Positions 43,116 through 52,929 of a stretch of 64,000 bases of DNA are shown here, in pieces. The translations under genes and the position numbers were made by a program. Position 1 is the stretch's first letter. Each line of letters starts with the position of its first letter. Where the stretch lies: the IMG/VR virus record IMGVR_UViG_2907202186_000003, positions 1 to 64,000 of that record; one strand, 5' to 3'. The notes under the pieces were generated by a model. That model searched no databases, had not been told where the DNA came from, and saw nothing but the letters and a program-made list of their open reading frames with translations. Source of the DNA: a virus. Taxonomy: Duplodnaviria > Caudoviricetes.

Positions 43116-43239
43116 TTTTATGGGTTATATTGGGCAAGCGTGTCGCAATATGCTATATCATCAACCATCAAACAACGTCTTTCAAAATCATCCCAGACAG
43201 TGCAAGATGCTTGAATATTGATGAGGAGGTGTAATCATC

Positions 43240-43524
43240 TTGGAGAATTACTTCGAATATGTTCTAAGCAGCCTAACCATTGATGACGTATTTATTTTAG
43301 GAGCTTTACAAGAAGCAGAAGCGACAGCTGGATTTAAAGCTGTAAGCAACGCAGATTTGCAGAAAACAGTCGCCTTTACCGAAGCTACTTATCGAAGAAC
43401 AATCAATCGTCTATGTGCTAATAAATTCGTTGAAACAATTAATGTAAAAAAACAGAACTTACTGTATCTTACCGAATATGGTATTGCTGCTGTAACTAAA
43501 TCACTTGAAAGGGTTGGTGCCTAG
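43240..43524 (+). CDS. winged-helix protein (TubR-like position)
   Basis: DL......EATYRRTINRL....FVE...LYLTEYG wHTH pattern; overlaps the tubulin start. Confidence 0.65.
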   Translation: MENYFEYVLSSLTIDDVFILGALQEAEATAGFKAVSNADLQKTVAFTEATYRRTINRLCANKFVETINVKKQNLLYLTEYGIAAVTKSLERVGA

Positions 43525-44606
43525 TGTTTGCGGTAATTGGGCTAGGTCAGGCAGGATCTAATATTGCTGAGGAAGCTCAGAAGCAAGGATATCTATCTGG
43601 AGCAATTAATTACTCTCAGAAGGATTTGGATTCAGTAAATGTTAGTCACAAACTACGTTTACTTGGCTCAGAAGGAGTTGGTAAAAAGAGAGATGAAGCA
43701 ATACAACTATTTCAAGCACAATGGGAAGACGCATTAAGCTTCATTAAAGATAATTTTGCTAACGCGCAAGTCATTGCATTTACCTTCTCGCTATCCGGTG
43801 GTTCAGGAAGTGGTATAAGCCCCATTCTGTTAGAAGTTGCCCTCAACACTATGCCAGACTCCACATTCATAGCATTACCTATAATCCCCGAAGTTGCAGA
43901 ATCTGTTTCAGCTCAAATCAATACACTAAAGGCATTTGAAGAGTTATCACAGTTAAGCATAGCCACATTCCCTATTGATAATCAGCAAACCAGAAACGTC
44001 CATCCATCAATTGGTAAGAATATGCTTCTCGAAATCACCAATAAATCAGCAATCTCTCTCTTAGATACAATTTCTTCTTATACTGATAAGCATTCAAAAA
44101 ATGGAAACTTTGATAAAGAGGATCTGCTTACCATACTTAATAATCCTGGTATTGGGCTAATTAGTGAAGTCTGCATCGCTGCCCTAAATCAAAGTCTCAC
44201 ACTCACTCCTGAAAGTGTTGCCGAGAAGGTACGTCACTCATGGTCAAACTCAGTGTTCACTCCTATTGAATCAAATCACATTTCTAAAGCTGCAATTATA
44301 TTTGACGGCCAAGAATCTCTGATGGAATATATACGACATGATTTAATATTCACTCCGATGCCACTGGAATTGTTTGATGGAAATTACCATGAGCATACCG
44401 GGAAAATTGTCTCTATCATCACTGGTCTTCCATGGTCTTTAAAGCGTTTGTATGATATTGAAAAATCAATAAATACAAGACAAGAACAATTGGTAACATC
44501 AGGCCTAGATTCAAGCTTTCAATCAAAAGTTTCTTCGCTCAATCAACAACAAAAAAACACAGATAGGAAGTCTGTGTTGGATATTTTAAGCAAATACAAA
44601 CACTAA
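43524..44606 (+). CDS. tubulin/FtsZ-family GTPase (TubZ-like)
   Basis: VIGLGQAGSNI, EGVGK, SGGSGSG signature, IDN, NFDKEDL (T7 loop). Confidence 0.9.
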   Translation: MFAVIGLGQAGSNIAEEAQKQGYLSGAINYSQKDLDSVNVSHKLRLLGSEGVGKKRDEAIQLFQAQWEDALSFIKDNFANAQVIAFTFSLSGGSGSGISPILLEVALNTMPDSTFIALPIIPEVAESVSAQINTLKAFEELSQLSIATFPIDNQQTRNVHPSIGKNMLLEITNKSAISLLDTISSYTDKHSKNGNFDKEDLLTILNNPGIGLISEVCIAALNQSLTLTPESVAEKVRHSWSNSVFTPIESNHISKAAIIFDGQESLMEYIRHDLIFTPMPLELFDGNYHEHTGKIVSIITGLPWSLKRLYDIEKSINTRQEQLVTSGLDSSFQSKVSSLNQQQKNTDRKSVLDILSKYKH

Positions 44607-44621
44607 GAGGAGATGAATGGA

Positions 44622-44789
44622 ATGTTTAAAAATGAAATGCTGAATACTTTGGTTGGTGTCCAAAAAGAAGGGGTTCATATCTTCTTAACTGAGGAAGGAT
44701 GGAATGTATTTGTGGCTCTCATGAGCAACGAGGAAACGTTCTATCGGGAGATCAAGGAGATTACAACTACCAATGAGTTGGCTGTGTAA
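44622..44789 (+). CDS. small protein (55 aa) downstream of the tubulin gene
   Basis: GAGGAG RBS, MFKNEMLNTL...NELAV*, followed by a terminator-like hairpin at ~44800-44833. Confidence 0.6.
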   Translation: MFKNEMLNTLVGVQKEGVHIFLTEEGWNVFVALMSNEETFYREIKEITTTNELAV

Positions 44790-44945
44790 AGATAGTCCAG
44801 GGAGGGTTGTCATTAGATGTCCCTTCCCTTTTCTCCTTATGGGTAGACTATGGCTATGTAAATTAGGAACGCTTTGCTCCTAATTTTATGTGGCGCATTC
44901 AAAATTTATGCCTGTTCATGCTTGTTCTAATAAAATTCTTGGGAG

Positions 44946-45356
44946 TTGGTTACGTTGGCTAGAATTGAATCTATGTCATTTAGCCAGTTTTTAAACTACA
45001 GCTGTGAAGCTTCAAAGTTAAAAGACGTCCTAATATCACATCTCAAACGTCACAAGGTTGTGTATAGAGTTGTTGGAGTAACAATCATCATCTTTGCATC
45101 AGGTATAATTGATCCCACTCTCTACGCTTCAGGAACAGGAATCGATGCTGGAGGTCTAAAGATATATCACAAACTCGTTAACCTGGGTAAATGGGTGATC
45201 GTGATCAAGGGAGGATGGGATACAATTCAGAACACCATAAAGGGAGACTTTGACCATGCCAAAAAATCCTTCTTACAATACCTCATTATATACATCATCC
45301 TTCTTGCTCTCCCGTGGAGCCTTGATCAAATTGATTCTGTGTTTAAAAGCATCTAA
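44946..45356 (+). CDS. membrane protein (possibly pilin/VirB2-like)
   Basis: Three hydrophobic segments. Confidence 0.6.
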   Translation: MVTLARIESMSFSQFLNYSCEASKLKDVLISHLKRHKVVYRVVGVTIIIFASGIIDPTLYASGTGIDAGGLKIYHKLVNLGKWVIVIKGGWDTIQNTIKGDFDHAKKSFLQYLIIYIILLALPWSLDQIDSVFKSI

Positions 45357-45374
45357 TTATAAAGGGATGATAAC

Positions 45375-45677
45375 ATGATAATCAGAATTAACAGCATTCC
45401 CTTCCCCAATATACCCCCATCAAATGGAAACCCAATAACGAATGGAATTAGAAGTTGGGCAGAAGAAAAAACCACAGATATATTACTTGGAGTCTTAGAT
45501 TCTATTAGAAATGTATTTATAGATTTCAGTTATTCAGTAGCTTTAGTAGGCTGCGGACTATGTATTCTCTTCTGGGTTGTTGGATGGGATAAAGGCAAGA
45601 AATGGGCGGGAATATTATATCTAGCCAATGTACTGATTAAGTTCCTTCTAATGGGAGGAATGGCTTATGGCTCTTAA
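45375..45677 (+). CDS. small two-TM membrane protein
   Basis: Two C-terminal TM helices; overlaps the ATPase start. Confidence 0.65.
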   Translation: MIIRINSIPFPNIPPSNGNPITNGIRSWAEEKTTDILLGVLDSIRNVFIDFSYSVALVGCGLCILFWVVGWDKGKKWAGILYLANVLIKFLLMGGMAYGS

Positions 45678-48051
45678 ATTAAGCGAATATATTGAGATCA
45701 CAAAACCAGAATACGTCTTTTTAAAATTAAAGCCAAACAATTCTATCCGTAACAACTCAACTCACAAACTTGCTCGTGCCATATCTGGCCTATATAAAAA
45801 CGTCATTGAGAACATCGACAAAAAAGAAGAGATGATGATCAAGTTTTTAGGTAAAGATTTCATCATACCAACTAAAATTACAATCCATACGAATTCAAAA
45901 GTAAGTTACTTCATCTATATGGAACAGAAGAAAATTGAGTTTTACTTCATTGTTCCAAGCCATCAAATCATGTACATCAAGGAGAAAATAAATGATGTAT
46001 GGACTCAGCTGACGGTTGAAGAAGTAACAGAACTCCCTTCCTTCAATGAGGAATCAACCAAGTTCCAGATCCTCTATAAAAACGAAGATGGAATGAGTCT
46101 TGCCACCGATAGACGCAATAACGACCTCCTTCACTCCAATCTAAACGCTATCGAAATGCTTAAGGAAGGCGATAAACTTGGTGTATTCTATAATTTCATT
46201 CCTTCTTCTCAACATGGTTGGAGATATAAACATAAGTCCACAATTGAAAAATTAAAATCTGGTAAACCTGTTGATCGTGATAAGACTGGATGGAGATACA
46301 TGTTTAAATGGGGTATCTCGATCATTGATTCATTAATAAATACCTTATCTGATGCCATATCTGCAGCTGGCACAGCAAACAAAAAATCTGATGAAAGTGG
46401 GTTTTTATCAAGTCTTATTAATTCACTTTCAGGCACAGATAAAGCGAAAGTTAGTGACAGTACACTCAGGAAAGGAACTGCTTCCATCTTATCCACACAG
46501 ATTGTGGTTATGGGAAGCAGTTCAGATCCGCTTAGACAGCGAAATACAGTCAAAAGCTTAGCGCAGAGTTTTGATACGATTAGCGAAGATAATGAACTTA
46601 TTTACAAGCCATACCGGAAAAAATTTAAATTCACTGATTATAATATCAAAGCCGAGAAAATAATGGTTGGCGATGGCGAAGCTCAGAACTTTCTTTCCCT
46701 TGCTGGGAGAGATATTTTAGAGCAATATAATTTTATTGAGAAAGTGGAGACGTTTGAAACTGAAGTACCAGAGGATCTTCGCACCGGAACAATGTGCATA
46801 GGAGAAAATGTTTACAAAGGATCAAAGCAAAAAGCTTTTTTAAGTAATGACACCGAATTTAGAAATTTACTTCTCCTACTTATTGGCCCCACAAGAGCAG
46901 GTAAATCTAATCTAATTGCTAATTTATCAATAGATGCAATAGAGGCAGATGAATGTGTCATTATCTTTGACTTCATTGAAAACTGTGAGCTGAGCGATAG
47001 CGTTTCAAAGTTATTCCCAAAAGAAAAGGTTCTTGAAATACGTTGCGATGACTTTGAAACAATGCAAGGGTTAGGATTTAATGAAGTCGGTCAAAGTAAT
47101 GATGTATTCAAACAGTATGAGAATGCCAAACGTCAAACTGCTAATACGCTTACCCTCATCAATTCCATTAATGCAAGCGATAGTCAGTTAAGTCCCAAAA
47201 TGGAAAGATATTTAGAAAGCGCTAGCCTCATCGTTTTTATTAGTACGGGTAGTATTAAAGATGTGTTTGCTGTTCTGCAGAATCATAATGCGAGAATGAA
47301 ATTCTTGAATAAAGTGCCCAGAAATCAGATAAACAATCTTGAAGAATATATTGATAGCTTACATGAACTAGATGAAACAGATAAAGAAGCTTTGATTGTT
47401 GGTACAAAAACTCACTTGATCACAGGAATCATTGACCGTTTAAACATCTTAAAAAGGAACACCTACATGGAGTTAATGCTTAAAAAAGACACAAAGGATA
47501 ATATTGATTTAAGTTTAGAGATGCAGAAAAACCAATTGATTGTTATTAAGATGCCACAGTCCATGTTTACGACTGACAGTGAAAAAGATATTTGCACTAC
47601 GTACTGGATTACGAAAATCTGGCTTTCGCTTCAGGTTCGCGCTGACCGTATTCGAGATAAGAGTAAACGTACAAAAGTTAACCTCATCATTGATGAACTG
47701 TACCAGGTCGAGAACACTGAACGCTTCGTAACGTCAAAGCTATCTCAAATAGCAAAGTTCATCATGAAACCAATTATTAGTTGTCATTACATAAACCAAT
47801 TGAAGCACATGAGAGATGAACTTCGCAGCGCAAACACATCATACATGTTATTGGCTGGTTGTGATAAAAAGAATTTTGATGAGTTGAGAAGCGAACTCTA
47901 CCCTTTTACAGATGAGGATCTGAAGAATCTGAAAAGGTATCATTCCATAAACTACGTTAAATGTGACCGAGGATATTCAAGATTTATTACTAAGCTTCCT
48001 GGAAAAGTCGAATCAAGAATAAGAAACAAAAATAAACCGTCTTGTGAGTAG
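45667..48051 (+). CDS. large FtsK/HerA/VirB4-VirD4-superfamily P-loop ATPase
   Basis: Walker A GPTRAGKS, IIFD, Walker B LIIDE far downstream. Confidence 0.75.
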   Translation: MALKLSEYIEITKPEYVFLKLKPNNSIRNNSTHKLARAISGLYKNVIENIDKKEEMMIKFLGKDFIIPTKITIHTNSKVSYFIYMEQKKIEFYFIVPSHQIMYIKEKINDVWTQLTVEEVTELPSFNEESTKFQILYKNEDGMSLATDRRNNDLLHSNLNAIEMLKEGDKLGVFYNFIPSSQHGWRYKHKSTIEKLKSGKPVDRDKTGWRYMFKWGISIIDSLINTLSDAISAAGTANKKSDESGFLSSLINSLSGTDKAKVSDSTLRKGTASILSTQIVVMGSSSDPLRQRNTVKSLAQSFDTISEDNELIYKPYRKKFKFTDYNIKAEKIMVGDGEAQNFLSLAGRDILEQYNFIEKVETFETEVPEDLRTGTMCIGENVYKGSKQKAFLSNDTEFRNLLLLLIGPTRAGKSNLIANLSIDAIEADECVIIFDFIENCELSDSVSKLFPKEKVLEIRCDDFETMQGLGFNEVGQSNDVFKQYENAKRQTANTLTLINSINASDSQLSPKMERYLESASLIVFISTGSIKDVFAVLQNHNARMKFLNKVPRNQINNLEEYIDSLHELDETDKEALIVGTKTHLITGIIDRLNILKRNTYMELMLKKDTKDNIDLSLEMQKNQLIVIKMPQSMFTTDSEKDICTTYWITKIWLSLQVRADRIRDKSKRTKVNLIIDELYQVENTERFVTSKLSQIAKFIMKPIISCHYINQLKHMRDELRSANTSYMLLAGCDKKNFDELRSELYPFTDEDLKNLKRYHSINYVKCDRGYSRFITKLPGKVESRIRNKNKPSCE

Positions 48052-48060
48052 GCGGTTTAT
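48032..48060. terminator. bidirectional terminator between convergent operons
   Basis: ATAAACCG-CT...AG-CGGTTTAT hairpin with A/T flanks. Confidence 0.7.
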
Positions 48061-48428
48061 TTATCAAAAAGTTTATCAATTACAATCCCTAAATAATTTG
48101 CTAATGATACCTCAGTGTCAAATTTCACTTTGCTCCATAATAATGTGATTTGGTGCTTATAATTCCTACACGAATAATCTGCAATTAATCGATCATCATG
48201 TTTTGTTTGTTCTATAATTTTAATACCTTTGATTCGCATTTCGTTTTTTACCTCATAAATATCTTTCGTTACTAGATCCTGAATTTCTTCTAATTTAATA
48301 CTATAAACACGAGACATTTTCAAACTGCTTTCCTTCATCTTTTTCTTGTCTAATTCCAATACGTCAAGAAGATAGGGCAATTCTAAATACCTCTTTACGA
48401 TTTTCAAGTCTTCCTCAGTTTGTCTCAT
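48057..48428 (-). CDS. YhjD-like SOS-associated protein
   Basis: LPYLLDVLELD...Y.CRNY pattern; third gene of the polY operon. Confidence 0.5.
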   Translation of the reverse strand: MRQTEEDLKIVKRYLELPYLLDVLELDKKKMKESSLKMSRVYSIKLEEIQDLVTKDIYEVKNEMRIKGIKIIEQTKHDDRLIADYSCRNYKHQITLLWSKVKFDTEVSLANYLGIVIDKLFDK

Positions 48429-48441
48429 CCTTTAACCTCGT

Positions 48442-48777
48442 TCATTGAACTTTCACTGAAATAATCTCGTTGAAATCCACCCATTCAAACCCACAATCAC
48501 TCTCAACCTTAAACTTCCTCTGGATTTGACTTACACTTGTTACAACTCCATTCACTTCGGAATACTCGTACTCTCCAAAAATAATCACCGATATACTTTC
48601 ATGTTCGCTCAAAGAAAGGTTTATGTTTTGAAAAATTAGTTCCCACTCATCTTCATGAATTATCGGTTTAGTTTTCTTTTTGTGAAGCTTTTGATTCTCA
48701 ATGATCCGCTCCCTATGTTGAGGTAACATCATACGACTCGACTCCCATATGCCGTTCCCCTGCAGCTTTTTACTCAT
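48442..48777 (-). CDS. yolD: YolD-like protein
   Basis: WESSRMMLPQHRE...KP; coupled to the Y-family polymerase. Confidence 0.88.
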   Translation of the reverse strand: MSKKLQGNGIWESSRMMLPQHRERIIENQKLHKKKTKPIIHEDEWELIFQNINLSLSEHESISVIIFGEYEYSEVNGVVTSVSQIQRKFKVESDCGFEWVDFNEIISVKVQ

Positions 48778-50030
48778 CTGTAATGACCTCCTATTTTAGC
48801 TGCTCTATCCATCGCCTGCCCCGCACTCGTTAGTGAACTAGCTCTTAAAATGGATATTTCTCCGAAACGATCTTTTATCTCGTCCATAACCCTGTCGACT
48901 GCCCGTAAGTGCTCCTTACTGTTCTCGAAAATAGATATCTGATAAGTGTTTGAATCACTTAAATCAGATAGTGATACACCTACTCGCCTTACAGGTAGTC
49001 CGTTCCAATTCTGATAAAAGAGCCGCTTAGCTATCGCAAATACTTCTTGTGTAATATTTGTTGGATCTGGCAATTTCATTTGACGGTGAAACCCTGTTCT
49101 TATGTCAAAGTCAGCTCCCGATATACCAACAGATACAACAGAACCGTGATACCCCTTTTGCCTAGCTCTACGACAAACCTCCGTACTAATGTCTAATAAT
49201 ACAACTTCTATATCCCTAGCTTCTGAATAGTCACGAGGAAGCGTCATACCGTTTCCTATTTCACGTTGTTGATTGTGTGTAGTTAATGTTACTGGAGAGT
49301 CATCAAGGCCATTCGCAACCCGCCATATAACTTCACCATTTACTCCCCATTTCTTTCTTAGTTTGGATAATGGAGTATTTGCTAAGTCACCTATTGTTAT
49401 AATCCCCATTTTATAAAGATGCTTCTCCATCCTGGAGCCAATGCCCCACATCTTACGGATTGGCTGTTTCCATATGAAATTACTTAATTCATCTTTTCGG
49501 AGGTAATAAACTCCACCATCAATTTTTTTCGCAATCATGTCGCAGCAGAGCTTACTCAATATCTTGTTTTCTCCAATACCTGCTCTCGCATAAATGCCTG
49601 TTTCATTATAAATCTTCTGTTGAATTTGTTTAGCCATATCAACCGCATTATCGGCAAACAAATGCATTGAATTGGTCAAGTCTGCAAACATTTCGTCAAT
49701 GCTGTAGCACTCTACAAGGTCTGTAAATGACTCAACAATCTGTGTTATATGGGAAGATACCTCAATGTATTCTTGCATGTGTGGCTGGACTACAACTGCT
49801 TCTGGACACTTCTGAAGAGCTTGCCATAATACTTCTCCCGTTTCCACACCGAACGATTTTGCAATAGGACAAGCAGCTAAAATAATACCCGATCTTCTCG
49901 ATGGATCTCCAGCAACAACCAGAGGTTCATTTTTATATTTTGGCACTTTTGCCTTTTCAACACTGGCATAGAAACTTTGCATGTCAATTAACATAACAGT
50001 TCTTGGTTTCTTCAACATGCCATCATTCAT
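48774..50030 (-). CDS. uvrX: Y-family translesion DNA polymerase (UvrX/PolY2-like)
   Basis: IDMQSFYASVE, YSIDE, MWGIG, C-terminal KIGGH. Confidence 0.93.
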   Translation of the reverse strand: MNDGMLKKPRTVMLIDMQSFYASVEKAKVPKYKNEPLVVAGDPSRRSGIILAACPIAKSFGVETGEVLWQALQKCPEAVVVQPHMQEYIEVSSHITQIVESFTDLVECYSIDEMFADLTNSMHLFADNAVDMAKQIQQKIYNETGIYARAGIGENKILSKLCCDMIAKKIDGGVYYLRKDELSNFIWKQPIRKMWGIGSRMEKHLYKMGIITIGDLANTPLSKLRKKWGVNGEVIWRVANGLDDSPVTLTTHNQQREIGNGMTLPRDYSEARDIEVVLLDISTEVCRRARQKGYHGSVVSVGISGADFDIRTGFHRQMKLPDPTNITQEVFAIAKRLFYQNWNGLPVRRVGVSLSDLSDSNTYQISIFENSKEHLRAVDRVMDEIKDRFGEISILRASSLTSAGQAMDRAAKIGGHYR

Positions 50031-50047
50031 CCCCTCAACAAAAATAA

Positions 50048-50087
50048 GAACATCCGTTTGTATATATTATATACCGAACAGACGTTC
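50048..50087. promoter_or_regulatory. two LexA (Cheo/SOS) boxes
   Basis: GAAC-ATCC-GTTT at 50048 and CGAAC-AGAC-GTTC at 50075, upstream of the Y-polymerase. Confidence 0.85.
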
Positions 50088-50176
50088 TTTATGCAAGAGG
50101 TATTTTATTACTTCACAGGAGGGTATATGTATAAGCTTGTCGAATTGATCCGTATTACATAAAAAGGAGTTTAGAA

Positions 50177-50665
50177 ATGAAGGACAAATTAAAGGGATTA
50201 GTGCTTGGTTTGGCAATTGGGACAATGTTAACAGGAGCAACAGCATTTGCAGCAAATGGAACCACAAATATTAAAGTTGCCATTCAGAAATTAGGTATTT
50301 ATGTTGATGGAACAAAAAAGACTTCAGCTGACGCAATAATTTATAATGGAACGACTTATGTACCAGCACGATCAGTTAGCAATGCAATAGGCAAAGAAAT
50401 TGGGTTGGTTAACGGTGACCTATATATTGGAAAGCAACCCAAAATGACAATAACCGAATCTCAAGCAATTAGTTTGGTTAAGAAAAAATATGGAGTTAGT
50501 TCACCTAAGCTTCATGTTGAAGTCGATCATCTTGAAGGCAACTCTTATGTAGTCCATGTTTATGAAGTAGTTATTGATGATGTTAAGTCTGGCGAAGGTC
50601 ACACTGCAACTTATGGATGGTATTACGTAGATAAATCATCTGGTGCAATAACATCGATGTTTTAA
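50177..50665 (+). CDS. secreted protein with copper-amine-oxidase N-terminal (stalk) domain
   Basis: Signal peptide ending AFA; IIYNGTTYVPARSVS..IG motif; terminator at ~50672-50704. Confidence 0.8.
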   Translation: MKDKLKGLVLGLAIGTMLTGATAFAANGTTNIKVAIQKLGIYVDGTKKTSADAIIYNGTTYVPARSVSNAIGKEIGLVNGDLYIGKQPKMTITESQAISLVKKKYGVSSPKLHVEVDHLEGNSYVVHVYEVVIDDVKSGEGHTATYGWYYVDKSSGAITSMF

Positions 50666-50772
50666 CGAATTAATAAGAGACCTCATAAATATGTGGTCTC
50701 TTATTTGGTTTCTTATGAAAGATTCCTTTTATCTATTCTCACATATCATTTTTTTAAGGAGTTAATTAGTCA

Positions 50773-51456
50773 ATGTTAATGATACGAATAATCCATTCTA
50801 ATTCTGTTGTTCAGTTCGAAATGTTAAACGATTATGCAGAGGAAATGGAAGAATTAATCAAGTCCAAATCCACGAAATATCTGGAACGTTTAAAAGAACT
50901 ATCTAATAAATACAGTGAAGATGAACAAGATGATTTCTGGTATTATAACAGAGAACGCCTAACTCAATTTCACGTTGATTATCCTAACTTACTACGTTCT
51001 TCTATATTAATATCTGCAATTTCTGAATTAGAAAACGTACTTAAAAAAATCAAACAAGAACTAATAAATTATTCGATCTTAGATCCTGAAGACTTTACCA
51101 AAAAGAACAAGGAAGAAAAGGGAAGTTCTATCGAAAAAACACTAAAAATATTCTGCGATAAACTTTCTATTGGGCTAATTTCTGAATTAGATTCATGGAA
51201 CGAAGTAAGATTTTTAATTGATATCAGAAATAGAGTGACACATAGTGTCGGGCAAGTTCATCCTATTGAACAAGAGAGACTTTATAATCTTCTGAGTTTA
51301 ATGGAGGAGTCTGATGATAGAACGATAAGACTCAGTCCCTATCATGAATTAATATTTTTAGAAAATTCATCAACCTTTATTATCAATTCTTGTTTGAAAC
51401 TTTTAAAGAGTATTACAGAGAGCGTATTAACAACCGTTGCTGTATCTAAAAATTAA
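50773..51456 (+). CDS. HEPN-like protein (putative RNase)
   Basis: All-helical, S.LE helix and RNRVTH (RxxxxH) motif; own terminator at ~51461-51490. Confidence 0.65.
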   Translation: MLMIRIIHSNSVVQFEMLNDYAEEMEELIKSKSTKYLERLKELSNKYSEDEQDDFWYYNRERLTQFHVDYPNLLRSSILISAISELENVLKKIKQELINYSILDPEDFTKKNKEEKGSSIEKTLKIFCDKLSIGLISELDSWNEVRFLIDIRNRVTHSVGQVHPIEQERLYNLLSLMEESDDRTIRLSPYHELIFLENSSTFIINSCLKLLKSITESVLTTVAVSKN

Positions 51457-51764
51457 CTACAAGGCTACAGTAATTGTAGCCTTTTTTTTATTCAGAAAAT
51501 CAAATATGTATTTCATACTAATTCAGTACCATAGTAAACGTATGTATTGTCATCATTTTTCTTAAATTTAGTAATTGCAGAATAATCAGAATATCCTCTC
51601 TTAGCCAAATCGATACCAACATGATAAAAATAATCTTCATCATCAATCTGGAGCAGAATTTTCTGTAATGAATCATTTTCATTAATATCTTTTGTATCTC
51701 CATCGTAAACTAATTTCTCGATCACGGTTAAACACTCTCCCTTTTTCATCAAACACGCATTTCA

Positions 51765-52253
51765 TCACAATTTATAAAGTGTTACCCTATAATCACAGAA
51801 AGTCTCTTCTATGATCCCTTTCACTACATCCCAATCCCCATTTGCTAAACCGCAGCCGATATTAAATGGTAATGCAACACTCAGACCACGCTTTTGAGCT
51901 TCATTTTTCAGTGTAGTTAGAGATTCCTTAAGTGCCTCATAATCTGTATATCTAAGCTTCCGTCTCCCATAGTTCAACTGACCAAATAAGTTGGAAATAT
52001 ATTTATCTCCAGTTTTAACAATGTGACACTTACCTAATAAATCGTGTGGATCGTAGTTATTGCAAAACTGCTTATAGGATGGATATAGATTTGAATATTT
52101 GTCTCTTAGTAATTTGGCTACACCAGATCCCATAACACCTTGGCAATTTACTTGATGTCCTATGATATCTTCAGATGCATCAAGTAAATTACCTTTAATT
52201 ATCTTAATCATTTTTTCATCTCCTCTATAGTAATCTCGACCAATAAACAGCAT
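51765..52253 (-). CDS. Macrodomain protein (DarG/TARG1-like)
   Basis: GNLL, HQVNCQGVMGSGVA, NLFGQ, PFNIGCGLANGDW. Confidence 0.88.
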   Translation of the reverse strand: MLFIGRDYYRGDEKMIKIIKGNLLDASEDIIGHQVNCQGVMGSGVAKLLRDKYSNLYPSYKQFCNNYDPHDLLGKCHIVKTGDKYISNLFGQLNYGRRKLRYTDYEALKESLTTLKNEAQKRGLSVALPFNIGCGLANGDWDVVKGIIEETFCDYRVTLYKL

Positions 52254-52929
52254 CCATATGAAGGGAATCTATCGTGGGTGTCTCTGCGTATGTATCATTT
52301 TCATCACCAAGTTGATGTTCAGCATTATCGAAACGGTAAAATTCCATTTGATCAAGAGTTGAATTACTCAGCAAAATTGGAGACGAAGCATTTCTACATA
52401 GATCATAGTCACTACGCTCTTCATTGATTATTCTATTCACTTCTTTTTGAGCGTCCTCGATGTGATCTCGAAGAAATAGAAACGCTCCTTGAGCAGTCGG
52501 CTCTCCACTATACTTAATGCCTAGCGCCACTTCGACACCTTCAATTGCCTTTCTTTGCTTTTCTGACATTGGTTTTATCATAATCCACCCTTTCTATTTC
52601 TTTATGAAACGTGCCTTTTACTGAATCAAGATTTTTAATTTTTCAAGATGTTTATTATACTCTTCTTGTCTATCCTCTGATATATATACAACATCCTCCG
52701 ACCATTCTTTTAGTAAATCTGGGAGTTTTGCAGTATAAAGTGAATTACAATAGATATGCTCACCTTTTATAACGTAAGTAGTTTGTTTATTTCCCCCATA
52801 AAAATAATTCAAGGTGTCCTTTAGCTCTTCAGTATAAAAATTCGATTCAATTACATCAAAAGAGTCTAATTCCCGTATTACAATATAGAACATCATCGTC
52901 ACCTCTCTAGTTTCAATAAAATAGACCTT

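Noticed and set aside
43120-43240. tubC-like iteron centromere upstream of the wHTH-tubulin pair
   Set aside because: No convincing direct-repeat series visible by eye.
44946-48051. Complete conjugative T4SS/ICE
   Set aside because: No relaxase, second ATPase, VirB6/VirB8-like or hydrolase genes nearby.
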